64,000 bases of DNA from an uncultured Acidobacteriota bacterium (GTDB taxonomy: Bacteria; Acidobacteriota; Thermoanaerobaculia; UBA5066): the NCBI GenBank assembly GCA_963779415.1, contig CAVZYA010000002.1:224001-288000 (forward strand), given 5' to 3'. Made by a program: the position numbers and the translations under genes. The notes under the pieces are model-generated. The model was not told where the DNA came from and ran no database searches. It was given only the letters and a program-made list of their open reading frames with translations. Shown here piece by piece: positions 1-16,008 of the stretch. How positions within the stretch are numbered: position 1 is the first letter of the stretch; the number at the start of each line of letters is the position of its first letter.

Positions 1-1187
<1,187 letters not shown>

Positions 1188-1195
<8 letters not shown>

Positions 1196-2408
1196 GGCGC
1201 AAGGCTTCTATGGGAGGGAGCTGCGACGCCTTCACGGCGGGGAAGACCCCCGCGATGAGGCCGGTGATCGTGGCGAGGACGAGGCCGGAGGTGACGAGTC
1301 CGGGCGTCACGCGGGCCGGCAGCGGCGAGAAGGCGTCGACGCAGAGGGCGATCGTCCAGCCGAAGAAGACGCCGAGCGCGCCCCCGCCGAAGGCGAGGAG
1401 GATCGCCTCGAGGAGAAACTGCCGAAGGATGTCGGTCTTTCGGGCCCCGACGGCGAGGCGCAGGCCGATCTCCTTCGTCCGCTCCACGACGGAGACGAGC
1501 ATGATGTTCGCGATGACGATCGCCCCGACGACGAGCGAGATCCCGCTGATGAAGACCAGGAGCGAGAAGGCCCCCGCGGAGATCGTCCGCCAGACCGCCA
1601 TGATGGCGTCCGAGGTGACGAAGGCGACGGGGTCGGGCTCGCCCGGCTTCAGCTTCCGGATCGCCCGGAAGATCACCCGCATCTCGTCCATCGAGGCCGG
1701 GACCCCCGGCACGCCTCCCCGGGCCCGGACGTAGATGGCGACGTTCCGGTTCCCGCCCCATGCCTTGCAGAGCGCCTCGCGCGGGATGTAGACGACGTTG
1801 TCCTGGCTCTGCCCGAGGACCGACCCCTGCTTGACGAGAAGCCCGATCACGCGGAAGGGGATCCCGCCGATCAGGATCGTCTTTTCGATCGGGTCGAGGC
1901 GGGGAAAGAGCTGCTCCTTCACCTCCGAGCCGATGACGGCGACGTACGCGCGCCGGTCGTACTCGTTCTCCGTGAAGAAGCGCCCTTCCTCGAGGTCGAG
2001 GTTCCTGAGATCGGCGACGTTCGGCGTCACGCCGCTGATCGAGACGTCGGCGAGCCGCTTGCCCTCCCGCTTGACCGGGAGATTGATGCCGGAGAGCAGC
2101 CCGACCGCCTCAGCCGTTCTCGAGAGCCGGCCGACCTCCTCGGCCTCGCGCTTTTCGATCCGCTTCCTCTTGAGCGCCTGGAGAAACTGTTCGCGAGACG
2201 TGATGATCCCGAAGCGCGTCACCGCGTAGACGTCCGGCGCGACGGTGAAGAGCTTCGTCGCGACGTAGTTGTTCATTCCGGAGATGACGGCCACGACGGC
2301 GATGACCGTCATGACGCCGATGATGACGCCGAGAAGGGTCAGGAACGACCGGAGCTTGTGCGCCGCGACGGCCCGCCATGCAACCCGGAGAAGCTCGCCG
2401 ACCAGCAC
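1188..2408 (-). CDS. ABC transporter permease, MacB/FtsX family
   Basis: HKLRSFLTLLGVIIGV N-terminal motif; ANIMLVSVVERTKEIGLRLAVGA and PIEALRHE C-terminal motifs. Confidence 0.92.
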
Positions 2409-2415
2409 GGGATCC

Positions 2416-3711
2416 CTACGACTTGCCCGCCTCGGGCGCGGGGACGGCGTTGTCGACCTTCACCCGGTCGCCGATCCGGAGCGACCGGAGGGCCTTGAAG
2501 GGCCCCGTGACGACCTCGTCTCCCTCGGCGAGCCCCTCGACCACCTCGACCTTCAGCTCGGCCGTGATCCCGGTCTTGATCTTCCGGAATTCGATGGTCC
2601 CGTCCTTCTTCACGACGAAGACCCCTTCGACCTCCTTCTTCTTCCGGTCGACGAGTGGGTCGGACTTCTCGTCCTTCGCGACCGGCGTCGGCGTCGGGGT
2701 CTTCCCCTTCTCGGGGCGCCGGAGCGTCGCCTCGTCCGCCATGATGAGCGCGGGAATCGGGATGGCGAGGGCACCGGGGCGCCGATCGGTCTCGATCAGC
2801 CCCGAGACGGAGAAGCCGGGGCGGATGTTCTTCGGCGGCTCGAGGACCTGGACCTTCACCTTGAAGTTCACGGCCGAGGAGTCGGTCCCGAGGGCCGACT
2901 TCGTGATGGGGCTCCCGCCGATCTCCGTCACCTTCCCGTCGTACTTCTTCTCGGGGTAGGCGTCGAAGGAGAGCTTCGCCTTTTGTCCGAGCTTGACGTG
3001 GGGAATGTCGGTCTCGTCCACTTCCATCTCGGCGTCGACCACCGACATGTCGGAGATGGTCAGAAGGACGGTCCCCGGATTGTTCATCGTCCCGATGATG
3101 GCGTTCTCCCCCTGCTCGACGGGGCGCGCTGTGACGACGCCGTCGATCGGGGCCACGAGCGTCGTCTTCTGGAGCGAGTCCTTGTTCGCGAGGAGGGTCT
3201 GCCGGGCCTGCTCGATCCGGCGATCGTCCGCCTTCTCGTTGGCGACCGCCGAGTCGAGCGTCAGCCGGGCCTTCTGGAGGTTCTGCTCGGATTCGATCTT
3301 CGCCTCGAAGTTCTTCTCCTCGCGCTCCCAGTCGCGTTCGGCCTGCTCGCGCGTGAACCGGTCCGATTCGCGCTGGGCAAAAAGGGCGTCGAGGGCGGCC
3401 TGCTGTGCCTTCGCGTTGGCGTCGTACTGGGCCTTGTCGATCTGGATGAGAAGGTCGCCTTTCTTGACGATGTCCCCCTCCCGGACGGCCAGCGTGACGA
3501 TCTGCCCCATGACCTGGGAGGAGATGTCCACCTTGACGCGGGCCTGGATCCGGCCGTTGCAGGAGACGGTCGAGACCAGTTCTTCCTTGGCGGCCTTCGC
3601 CGTCGTCACCTTCACGACGTTCTTGTCGCGGGCCTTGATGGACGCGACGACGACGACCCCGAGGATGGCGACGACGCCGATCCCGATCGCCCATTTCACC
3701 GTTCGGCTCAT
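2416..3711 (-). CDS. Efflux periplasmic adaptor subunit (MacA/HlyD family)
   Basis: N-terminal TM anchor, V..GD.VKKGDLL lipoyl half-motif, coiled coil, APIDGVV, VDETDI..VKLGQ. Confidence 0.92.
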   Translation of the reverse strand: MSRTVKWAIGIGVVAILGVVVVASIKARDKNVVKVTTAKAAKEELVSTVSCNGRIQARVKVDISSQVMGQIVTLAVREGDIVKKGDLLIQIDKAQYDANAKAQQAALDALFAQRESDRFTREQAERDWEREEKNFEAKIESEQNLQKARLTLDSAVANEKADDRRIEQARQTLLANKDSLQKTTLVAPIDGVVTARPVEQGENAIIGTMNNPGTVLLTISDMSVVDAEMEVDETDIPHVKLGQKAKLSFDAYPEKKYDGKVTEIGGSPITKSALGTDSSAVNFKVKVQVLEPPKNIRPGFSVSGLIETDRRPGALAIPIPALIMADEATLRRPEKGKTPTPTPVAKDEKSDPLVDRKKKEVEGVFVVKKDGTIEFRKIKTGITAELKVEVVEGLAEGDEVVTGPFKALRSLRIGDRVKVDNAVPAPEAGKS

Positions 3712-3763
3712 GCTTCTTCACTCCGGGACGGCGAGACCTTTCCGGGCCCCGGCCTGTCTTTCT

Positions 3764-3790
3764 TACGGCTAAACGCTTTTCCGGGTTTCA
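3764..3790 (-). promoter_or_regulatory. Putative ECF-sigma promoter for the exporter operon
   Basis: Minus strand TGAAAC-N17-CGTA about 50 nt upstream of the adaptor ATG; resembles the SigW-type TGAAAC-N16-CGTA consensus. Confidence 0.45.
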
Positions 3791-3808
3791 CTTCGAAGGG
3801 GGTATCCA

Positions 3809-3896
<88 letters not shown>

Positions 3897-3985
3897 GACC
3901 TGTCATTACAGCACGCCGATCTGGGGGGTCCGGGGGGAAGGACAGGGGTGGGGCCCCATCGTTCACAGCCAAGCTCCCCAGCGAA

Positions 3986-4079
<94 letters not shown>

Positions 4080-4123
4080 GCGACGGGGGGCGGAAGTCTA
4101 GCAGGAGGCCGCCCGGTCCGGCG

Positions 4124-8032
<3,909 letters not shown>

Positions 8033-8036
<4 letters not shown>

Positions 8037-8983
8037 GCGTGTCGCGCGTCGCGGCCGTCATCGTCGCGTGGAACTCGGCCTCGCACGTGGCCGCCGCCAT
8101 AAAGTCGGTTCCAGGAGGCGTTCCCGTCGTCGTCGTCGACAACGCGTCGGCAGACGGCTCGGCGGAGGCGGCCCGGCAGGCGGGGGCGCGCGTCGTCGAG
8201 TCGGGCGCGAACCTCGGCTTCGGCCCCGCCTGCAACCTCGGCGCGGAGCTCTCCGCCCCTTCGGAGACGATTCTCTTCCTGAATCCGGACGCGGCGCTCC
8301 TCGACGGGGCCGGCGCTCTCGCGGAACTCCTCGCCGCTCTCGATTCCGATCCCGTCCTCGCGGCGGTCGCGCCGGCGCTCTCCGGCGACGGGCAGGAGAC
8401 TTTTCACCTCCGGAAGCTCCCGACGCTCGGCTCGCTCGCGCGGGAGTTGCTTCTCGTCAACAAGCTCTTTCCGAAGAACCCCGGCTTTCTCGACGAGCGG
8501 TATCTCGGCCGGCCGCGCGATGTGCCGTTCGACGTCGAGCAGCCGGCGGGCGCGGCCCTCCTCGTCCGCCGCGACGTCTTCGATTCGCTTCGCGGTTTCG
8601 ACCCGGCCTTCTCGCCGGCATGGTTCGAGGACGTCGACCTCTGCGCCCGGATCTGGAAATCGGGGCGCCGGATCCGGTACGTTCCCTCCGCCGGCGCGAC
8701 GCACGTCGGCGGCACGACGATGAACGCGCTCGCCTATCGCGATTTCCTCCCGCTCTACGACCGGAACCTCCTCCGGTATCTCCGAAAGCATTCGGGGATC
8801 GCGACCCGGCTCTCCGCCCGCGCGCTCCTCCTCGCCGGGACGCTTCTCCGGCTCGTCCTCCTCCCGTTCGTCCGGGGGGACCACGCAAGGCGCGATGCGG
8901 CCGCGGCGTACGTCCGCGTCCTCACGGGTCTCCTCGGCTTCGGGTGGAGATCGGCTCTTCTTCCGTCGCGGACGGGGGCGTGA
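8033..8983 (+). CDS. Glycosyltransferase family 2 (WbbL-like)
   Basis: VVDNASADG, NLGFG..CNLG, FLNPD, WFEDVDLC. Confidence 0.9.
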
Positions 8984-10005
8984 TGCCGAAGGTCGTCGTT
9001 TCCCTCGTGACGCACAACGAGTCGCGCGACGTGGAGCGGCTCCTCCCGTCCGTCTTCGCCCAGACGTTCCGCGATCTCCGGGTCGTCGCCGTCGACAACG
9101 CCTCCGAGGACGGGACACGCGCCGCGCTCGCCGCGTTCGAGAAGGTAACGCCCGTCCCGATGACGGTGATCCCCTCGCGCGAGAACCTCGGATACACGGG
9201 GGGACACAACCTCGGGATCTCGAAGGCGCTCGAGGCGGGTGCCGACTGGGTTCTCGTCCTGAACGCGGACGTCGTTCTCGACCCGGCGTTTCTCGAGCGG
9301 CTTCTTTCGGAGGCCGACTCCCCGGCCCGCCGCGATTTCGGCGCCTTCACCGGAAAGGTCCTCCGGGCCGAAGGGGCCGGGCTTTCCCCGACCCGCGTTC
9401 TCGACTCGGTCGGGATCCGGATGACGCGAAGCGGCCGGCACTTCGACGTGGCCGCGGGCCTTCCCGACGACGGGCGCTACGACCGGCCAGCCGAGATCTT
9501 CGGCGTTTCCGGCTGCATCGCCCTCTTCCGGACGGCGGCGCTCGCCGACGCGAAGATCTCCACCGGCTTCTTCGACGACGACTTCTTCGTCTACCGCGAG
9601 GACGTGGATCTCGCGTGGCGCCTCCGGGGGCGCGGCTGGCGTGCTCTCTGCGTCCCCTCGGCTGTCGCCTGGCACCGCCGCCGGAACCTCCCCGAACGGC
9701 GGCTGGTCATGTCCCCGGTCGCGAACATGCACTCGGTCAAGAACCGCTTTCTCCTCCGCGTCAACAACGCCGGGGCCGGGCACCTTCGCTCCACGTTCCC
9801 CCGGACGTTTCTTCGCGATCTCGTCGTCGTCGGCGGCTGCCTGACCGTCGAGCGGACGTCTCTCCCCGCCCTGAGGTGGCTGGCGGAGAACCGGGCCCGG
9901 CTCCTGTCCAAGAGGGAGGAGATCCAGAAGGGGCGCCGCGTTTCCGACCGGGACCTCCTCCGCTGGTTCGGAGAGGACCCGGATGGGGCGAGGATCTTGT
10001 CGTGA
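8983..10005 (+). CDS. Glycosyltransferase family 2
   Basis: Starts MPKVVVSLVTHN at a TGATG overlap; VDNASEDG, NLGYTGGHN, LNAD, YREDVDLAWR. Confidence 0.9.
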   Translation: MPKVVVSLVTHNESRDVERLLPSVFAQTFRDLRVVAVDNASEDGTRAALAAFEKVTPVPMTVIPSRENLGYTGGHNLGISKALEAGADWVLVLNADVVLDPAFLERLLSEADSPARRDFGAFTGKVLRAEGAGLSPTRVLDSVGIRMTRSGRHFDVAAGLPDDGRYDRPAEIFGVSGCIALFRTAALADAKISTGFFDDDFFVYREDVDLAWRLRGRGWRALCVPSAVAWHRRRNLPERRLVMSPVANMHSVKNRFLLRVNNAGAGHLRSTFPRTFLRDLVVVGGCLTVERTSLPALRWLAENRARLLSKREEIQKGRRVSDRDLLRWFGEDPDGARILS

Positions 10006-11102
10006 AGCTGGCGATCATCGGGACGCGGGGAATCCCGGCGGCCTACGGCGGGTTCGAGACGCTGGCCGAGGAGCTTTCGACCCGCCTCGCGGAGCGGGGG
10101 CACGAGGTGACGGTTTACGCGCGCCCCGCATCCGTCGGGGCGAGAGTGCCGACGCACCGCGGTGTTCGCGTCGTCCATCTCCCGACGATCCGTCACAAGT
10201 ACTTCGACACGGTCGTCCACGGCGTTCTCTCCGCCCTTCACGCGTCCGGAGGCGGTTACGACGCGGTCCTCGTCTGCAACGCGGTGAACGCGCTCGCCGC
10301 GCGCCTCCCGCGCCTCCTGGGGGCATCGACGCGTGTCGTCCTGAACGTGGATGGCCTCGAGCGGAACCGGCGGAAATGGAACGCCGCCGGCCGGCTCGTC
10401 TACGCCCTCTCGGAGCGCCTCTCGTGCGTCCTTCCCGACGCCACCGTCACGGACGCGCGCGTCATCGAGGAGTACTACCTCGCGCGGTACGGCGCGGCGA
10501 CGACCTTCATCCCGTACGGGGCCGATCTCCCCCGCCCCTCGGGGACCGCGACGCTCGAGCGGCTCGGCCTCGTTCCCGGGCGCTATCTCCTCTACGTCTC
10601 CCGGTTCGAGCCCGAGAACAACCCGGACGCCGTCGTCCGGGGTTTTTCGCGTTTCACCGGGGAGCTGAAGCTCGCGCTCGTCGGCTCCGCGCCCTACGCC
10701 GCGGGCTTCATCGAGTCGGTCCGCGCGGAGGCGGCCCGGGACGGACGCGTCGTCGTTCCGGGGCCCGTCTACGGAGAGGGATACCGCGAGCTTCTGGCGA
10801 ACGCGGCAGCCTATCTCCACGCGACGGAGATCGGCGGGACGCATCCCGCCCTCCTCGAGGCGATGGGCTTCGGCCGCCCCCTCCTCGTCCACGACACCCC
10901 GGAAAACCGCGAGGTCGCCGGCGACACGGCGATCTACTGGGACGCGCGCCGCCCGGAGACGCTCGCGGAAGGGCTCGCCACGCTTCTCTCCGACCCCGAC
11001 GGGTTGCGCCGGCGGGGCGAGGCCGCACGGGCGAGGGCTTCGGCCCTCTACCGCTGGTCCGACGTTACCGACGCCTACGAACGACTCCTTTCGGGGTCAT
11101 GA
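10002..11102 (+). CDS. Glycosyltransferase family 4 (DUF1972-type N-terminus)
   Basis: GTRGIPAAYGGFET, RFEPENN, EIGGTHPALLEAM; GTGA-coupled start. Confidence 0.9.
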   Translation: MKLAIIGTRGIPAAYGGFETLAEELSTRLAERGHEVTVYARPASVGARVPTHRGVRVVHLPTIRHKYFDTVVHGVLSALHASGGGYDAVLVCNAVNALAARLPRLLGASTRVVLNVDGLERNRRKWNAAGRLVYALSERLSCVLPDATVTDARVIEEYYLARYGAATTFIPYGADLPRPSGTATLERLGLVPGRYLLYVSRFEPENNPDAVVRGFSRFTGELKLALVGSAPYAAGFIESVRAEAARDGRVVVPGPVYGEGYRELLANAAAYLHATEIGGTHPALLEAMGFGRPLLVHDTPENREVAGDTAIYWDARRPETLAEGLATLLSDPDGLRRRGEAARARASALYRWSDVTDAYERLLSGS

Positions 11103-11170
11103 CGCCCCCTCCGGCGGGGCATCCCCTTTGCTAGGATGACCGACCGGGCCCCGGACGCCCCGAATCGCCG

Positions 11171-12614
11171 ATGCTGAAACAGCAGGCGCGCGCCATCGCC
11201 GCACTCTCGTATGCCACGGACCTCGGCGTCACCCTCGCCGCGATCCCGGTGGCGTGGTGGCTTCGAAGCGACGTCTTCCCGAAGCTCTTTCCGCGCCTCT
11301 ATCCGACCGGCCTTCTGGACCTCTCCCTCTATCTCGTCCTCGCGGGACCGGTCGTCGTCCTCTGGTCTGCCCTTCTCTTTCTCTCCAGCGCCTACCGGAG
11401 CCGGCGGACGCTCGGCCTCAAGGACGAGGTCTCGATGGTCGCGCGAGTCTCGTTCCTGGGGACCCTCTCCCTGACGCTCGTCATCTACGCGGCGCGCTGG
11501 GCCTTCCTCTCGCGCTCGTTCCTCTTCGTCTTCTTCTTCGTCAACCTCTTCTTCCTCGTCACGGCGCGCGTCACGATCCGCCTTTTCGCAAGGCGGGTCC
11601 GGAAGCTCGGCTTCAATTTCCGGACGGTCGTCCTCGTGGGGGACACGCCGAGCGCCCGGACGATGGCGCGCCTCATCCACGAGCACCCGTGGTGGGGCTT
11701 CCGGCTCCTCGGCCTGATCCGCGAACGCCCTGCAGCCGGCGGCAAAGGGACGACGGCGAACGGCCTCCCCGTCCTCGGGACGCTCGCCGAGTTCGAGACG
11801 ATCCTGAAGTCGGTCCAGGTGGACGAGGTCCTCCTCGCCGTCGACCGCGGGGACCTGCCGAAGCTCGAGGACATCTTCCTCCTCTGCGAAGAGATGGGGA
11901 TCCGGACGCGGCTCGTCCTCGACTTCTTCCCGCACGTCCTCGCGCGGGTCGAGCTGGACGAGTTCCAGGGGAAACCGCTCCTGACCTTCTCGACGACCCC
12001 GGACGACCCGACGGCGCTCTTCCTGAAGCGCGCCGCCGACGTCTTTCTCTCCGTCGTCCTTCTCGCCGCGTCGGCCATTCCTCTGGCCGCCGCGGCGCTT
12101 CTCATCAAGCTCACGTCGCGCGGCCCCGTCCTCTTCCGCCAGACCCGCTGCGGCCTCAACGGGCGCCCCTTCACCCTTCTCAAGCTCCGGACGATGGTCG
12201 AAGGAGCCGAGGAGCGGATCGACGAGGTCGCCCACCTGAACGAGCACGAAGGGCCGGTCTTCAAGGCGGCCAACGACCCGCGCCTCACCCCCGTCGGACG
12301 CCTCATCCGGCGCTTCTCCTTCGACGAGTTCCCGCAGCTCCTGAACGTCCTCCGAGGCGAGATGTCGCTCGTCGGGCCCGCGCCCCCCCCTCCCGCACGA
12401 GGTGGCGCGCTACGAGCGGTGGCAGCGCCGCCGGCTCTCCATGAAGCCGGGCGTCACCGGCCTCTGGCAGGTGTCGGGGCGCAGCGACATCCGGAACTTC
12501 GAGGAGTGGATCAACCTCGACCTCTCCTACATCGACAACTGGAGCCTCTCCCTCGACGCCAAGATCCTCCTCCGCACGATTCCCACGGTCCTCTCCGGCC
12601 GCGGGGCGCGGTAG
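11171..12614 (+). CDS. Polyprenyl-phosphate glycosylphosphotransferase (WcaJ/WbaP-like priming transferase); 1-nt frameshift near 12378
   Basis: KR..D, FRQTRCGLNG, KLRTM, DPRLT..GR, DEFPQLLNVLRGEMSLVGP. Removing one C restores VGPRPPLPHEV...KPGVTGLWQVSGR. Confidence 0.9.
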
Positions 12615-12666
12615 GGCAAATTCTCCCGATCGCAACTTGTCAGCTGACGCGAGTTGCCCCGCCGTC

Positions 12667-13026
12667 ATGAACCCCGTCAACCTCAAGGAGAAGTTCGCGC
12701 TCTTCTCGACGCACTGGGACCCGAAGATCGTGGGGGAGCTGAACGGGCAGCAGGTCAAGCTGGTCAAGTTCCAGGGCCCGTTCGTCTGGCATCGGCACGA
12801 GAACGAGGACGAGTTGTTTCTCGTGATCGAGGGTGAGTTCGTCATGGAGTTCCGGGATCGGACCGTCCCCGTCCGCGAAGGGGAGTTCCTGATCGTCCCC
12901 CGGGGCACGGAGCATCGGCCCATCGCCGAACGCGAAGTGCACGTTCTTCTCTTCGAGCCCACCTCCACCGTGAACACCGGAAACGCGGGGGGCCCGCGGA
13001 CCGTGGCTCACCCCGAGAAGCTCTGA
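12667..13026 (+). CDS. Cupin domain protein
   Basis: FVWHRHENEDELF and IVPRGTEHRP cupin motifs. Confidence 0.88.
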   Translation: MNPVNLKEKFALFSTHWDPKIVGELNGQQVKLVKFQGPFVWHRHENEDELFLVIEGEFVMEFRDRTVPVREGEFLIVPRGTEHRPIAEREVHVLLFEPTSTVNTGNAGGPRTVAHPEKL

Positions 13027-13123
13027 CGCCGTCCCCGACACCGACCCTCTTGCGCCGGCCACTGTTCGCGATATCGTCATGGGGCTACGGACTGCATCGG
13101 GGGAAGACGGGGGGAACCGGAAC

Positions 13124-13540
13124 ATGTCCGAATCCGAGAATGCGGCTCTCGCGCGTCGTTTCATCGACGAAATCTGGAACCGCGGACGCTCGGAGGCGGT
13201 TCGCGAGCTGGTCCACCCGCAGGCGGTCGGGCACCTCGAGGGATTCGAGGTGCGCGGCCCCGAGGGGGTCCTTCCCGCCTGGGCCACGCTGCTCGGCGCG
13301 TTTCCCGACCTGAAGATCATCATCCAGGACCTCGTGGCGCAGGGAGACAACGTCGTCGTCCGGTGGACGGCATCCGGCACGCACAAGGGGCCGCACCTCG
13401 GCTTTCCTCCCACCATGAAGCTGGTCGGGTTCCGTGGCATCACCTGGCTCCGCTTTTCGGAGGGCCGGATCATCGAAAGCTGGGATTCGTGGAACCAGGG
13501 ACGGCTCTTCAACGAACTTCAGGCCCCGCGAAAGGGGTGA
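13124..13540 (+). CDS. SnoaL-like ester cyclase family protein
   Basis: N..LARRF..EIWN.G, AFPDL, GD.VVVRW...GTH.G...G.PPT. Confidence 0.85.
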   Translation: MSESENAALARRFIDEIWNRGRSEAVRELVHPQAVGHLEGFEVRGPEGVLPAWATLLGAFPDLKIIIQDLVAQGDNVVVRWTASGTHKGPHLGFPPTMKLVGFRGITWLRFSEGRIIESWDSWNQGRLFNELQAPRKG

Positions 13541-14226
13541 GCCCCCTCATCGCGCCCGCCTTTCGGGCATGGGCCGAGGCGTGGGGAGATTCCGGATTCC
13601 GGATCCGTCTGGTCGCGACGATTGCGGGGCTCGTCGCCGTCCTTTCGGTCCTGACCCGCTTTCTCGATCGGGTGGAGGGACGGCCGGGGGTGGTCCTCCC
13701 CGACCCGGTTCTCGCGCTCGTTCCCGCACGTGACCTGACGTGGTTGATCTTCGGGCTGATCTACGCCGGCCTTCTCTACGGCGTGGCGAGGCTCTCCAGG
13801 GAGCCTCTCCTCCTCGTCGCGACCCTGCAGGCCTACGTCGTGATGGTGCTGCTCCGAATGGCCGCCATGTGGGTGACGCCGCTCGAGGCCCCGCCCGGAA
13901 TGATCCCGCTAGAGGACCCGCTGGTGCGGCTCTTCGGACAGGGAAGGCTCCTGACGAAGGACCTCTTCTTCTCCGGCCACACGTCCACGCTCTTCCTGCT
14001 GTCGCTCGCGGTTCCGGGCCGGCGCTCGAAGGCCTTCTTCCTCTTCTGTACCGCGGCCGTGGCGGGATGCGTCCTCTGGCAGCACGTTCACTACACGGTG
14101 GACGTCCTGGCGGCACCGCTCTTCGCGTACGCGAGCTACCGGCTCGTCGTCATCCTCCAGCCGGGCGCGTCTCCATTAGGACCCGCCGGATCTGGCCGAG
14201 GTGCTTTCCCTCGTGCCCCGCGATGA
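13537..14226 (+). CDS. Sphingomyelin-synthase-like PAP2 membrane phosphotransferase
   Basis: Several TM helices with DLFFSGHT and HYTVDV motifs; GTGA-coupled to the upstream gene. Confidence 0.8.
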   Translation: MSPLIAPAFRAWAEAWGDSGFRIRLVATIAGLVAVLSVLTRFLDRVEGRPGVVLPDPVLALVPARDLTWLIFGLIYAGLLYGVARLSREPLLLVATLQAYVVMVLLRMAAMWVTPLEAPPGMIPLEDPLVRLFGQGRLLTKDLFFSGHTSTLFLLSLAVPGRRSKAFFLFCTAAVAGCVLWQHVHYTVDVLAAPLFAYASYRLVVILQPGASPLGPAGSGRGAFPRAPR

Positions 14227-14689
14227 ACCGGAACCAGTCGAGGCCGTGGAACCGGCCGAGGACGAAATGCGGAAGGAGAATCTTCCGGAACTCCTCCTCG
14301 CCGACCCTGTCGGCGAACGCGAGGAGAGCCGCGCGTGACTCCTTCAGCTTCGCGAGGACCTCCCGTGGGTTCACCTCGGCGCGGGGGCGCGGTCGAACCG
14401 GCTTCGGGGCCCGAAAGCGGATCCGCGAGAAGACGAGACTCATCGGGAGCCGGTACCACCAGGCCTGGCGCGGGATCTTCAGCGGCTCGCCCCGTTTCTG
14501 TGCCTCGAGGCCGCGGACGAGCCCCCCCTCGGCCCTCCGAAGGTGGTCGAGCACCTCGGCCGCGGACCAGCCGCCATCCGCGGGAGGAGCGAGAAGCTCG
14601 TCGTCGCTTCTTCCCTCGACGGCACGGTAGATCTCTTCTCGGACGGCGTTCATACGGGTACGGGCTTCCGTAAGGTCGTTCCCGCTCAT
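14150..14689 (-). CDS. DinB-family protein
   Basis: GWSAAEVLDHL, PHFVLG, HEGKHLGQI His triad. Confidence 0.85.
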   Translation of the reverse strand: MSGNDLTEARTRMNAVREEIYRAVEGRSDDELLAPPADGGWSAAEVLDHLRRAEGGLVRGLEAQKRGEPLKIPRQAWWYRLPMSLVFSRIRFRAPKPVRPRPRAEVNPREVLAKLKESRAALLAFADRVGEEEFRKILLPHFVLGRFHGLDWFRFIAGHEGKHLGQIRRVLMETRPAGG

Positions 14690-14725
14690 AATCGCGATCA
14701 TCTCAAAGCCCGAGGAGGATTCCTG

Positions 14726-16001
14726 ATGAGACGCTTCTCCCCTCCCTTTCTTTCTCTTCTCCTCGCCGCATCCCTCCCCCTCGCCGCCCAGCCGCTCGTC
14801 GTGAAGTGCGGAAAGCTCCTCGATCCCAGCGACGAAGAGCGTGAAGACGAACGTCGCCGTCGCGATCGACGGGCGGGGGGTCGTCGCGGCCGCGCCGGCG
14901 GGGGCGAAGGTCGTCGACCTCTCGGCCTACACCTGCCTCCCCGGTCTCATCGACGCGCACGAGCACCTCCTCCTCCAGGGAGACGCGACCTCGGCGGAAT
15001 ACGACGAGCAGGTCCTGAAGGAATCGATGCCTTACCGCGCCCTCCGCGGGGCCGCCGCCGGACGGATCGCCCTCGAGCACGGCTTCACGACGGTGCGGGA
15101 CCTCGGGACGGAGGGGGCCGGATTCGCGGACGTCGACCTGAAGAAGGCCTTCGCTCTCGGAATCCTCCTCGGGCCGCGGGTCTTCACGGCCGGCCCGGCG
15201 ATGGGTACGACGGGAAGCTACCCGCTTCTCGGCTTCTCGTGGGAGCGGAAGATGCCGGACGGAGTCCTGAAATGCGACGGCGCCGACGACTGCCGGAAGG
15301 CCGTCCGGTACCAGGTCCAGTATGGCGTCGACTGGATCAAGCTCTACGCGGACCGGTCGTACTACCGGACGCCGGACGGCGGCTGGGCCTCGATCGCGAA
15401 CTTCACCCCCGAGGAGATCCACGCCATCGTCGACGAGGCGCACCGGCTCCGGAAAAAAGTGGCCGCCCACTCGATGACGCCGACGGGCCACCACTCCGCC
15501 CTCGCGGCGGGGGTCGACTCGATCGAGCATGGCGACGTTCTCGACGACGAAACCGTGAAGACCATGGCGGCCCGGCACGTTCCCTACTGTCCGACGATCA
15601 CCGCGCTCGACTTCGTCCGGGGGCCGCGCTCGAAGACGAACCCCGTCTGGGACCAGCTCTGGGCGGCCTCGGAGAGTTCGTTCCGGCGGGCCTATGCGGC
15701 CGGTGTCCCGATCGCCTTCGGGACCGACGCGGGGGGGTTCGACTGGGACAAGCGGAACGAGGCAGAGGAGTTCTCGTTCATGGTCGCATGGGGGATGTCG
15801 CCTTGGGACGCGATCCGGTCGGCGACGACCGTCGCGGCAGAGCTGCTCGGGCCGTCGCCGGACGGGAAGCTCGGCTGCCTCGATCCGGGCTGCGCGGCCG
15901 ACCTCGTCGCCGTCGCGGGCGACCCGCTCGCGAACGTGAAGGTCCTGGAGGACGTGAAGGCCGTCGTCGCCGCCGGGAAGGTCGTCAAGTCCCCGCGCTG
16001 A
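14726..16001 (+). CDS. Secreted metal-dependent amidohydrolase (Xaa-Pro dipeptidase-like); frameshift near 14828
   Basis: Signal peptide in one frame joins PGLIDAHEH, GFTTVRDLG, WIK, AH, IEHG, FGTDAG in another. Confidence 0.85.
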
Positions 16002-16008
16002 GGCGACG

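Noticed and set aside
12377-12390. C-run in the priming transferase and G-run in purD as phase-variation or programmed frameshift sites
   Set aside because: Similar indels occur throughout the window, including in housekeeping genes, so error is the simpler explanation.
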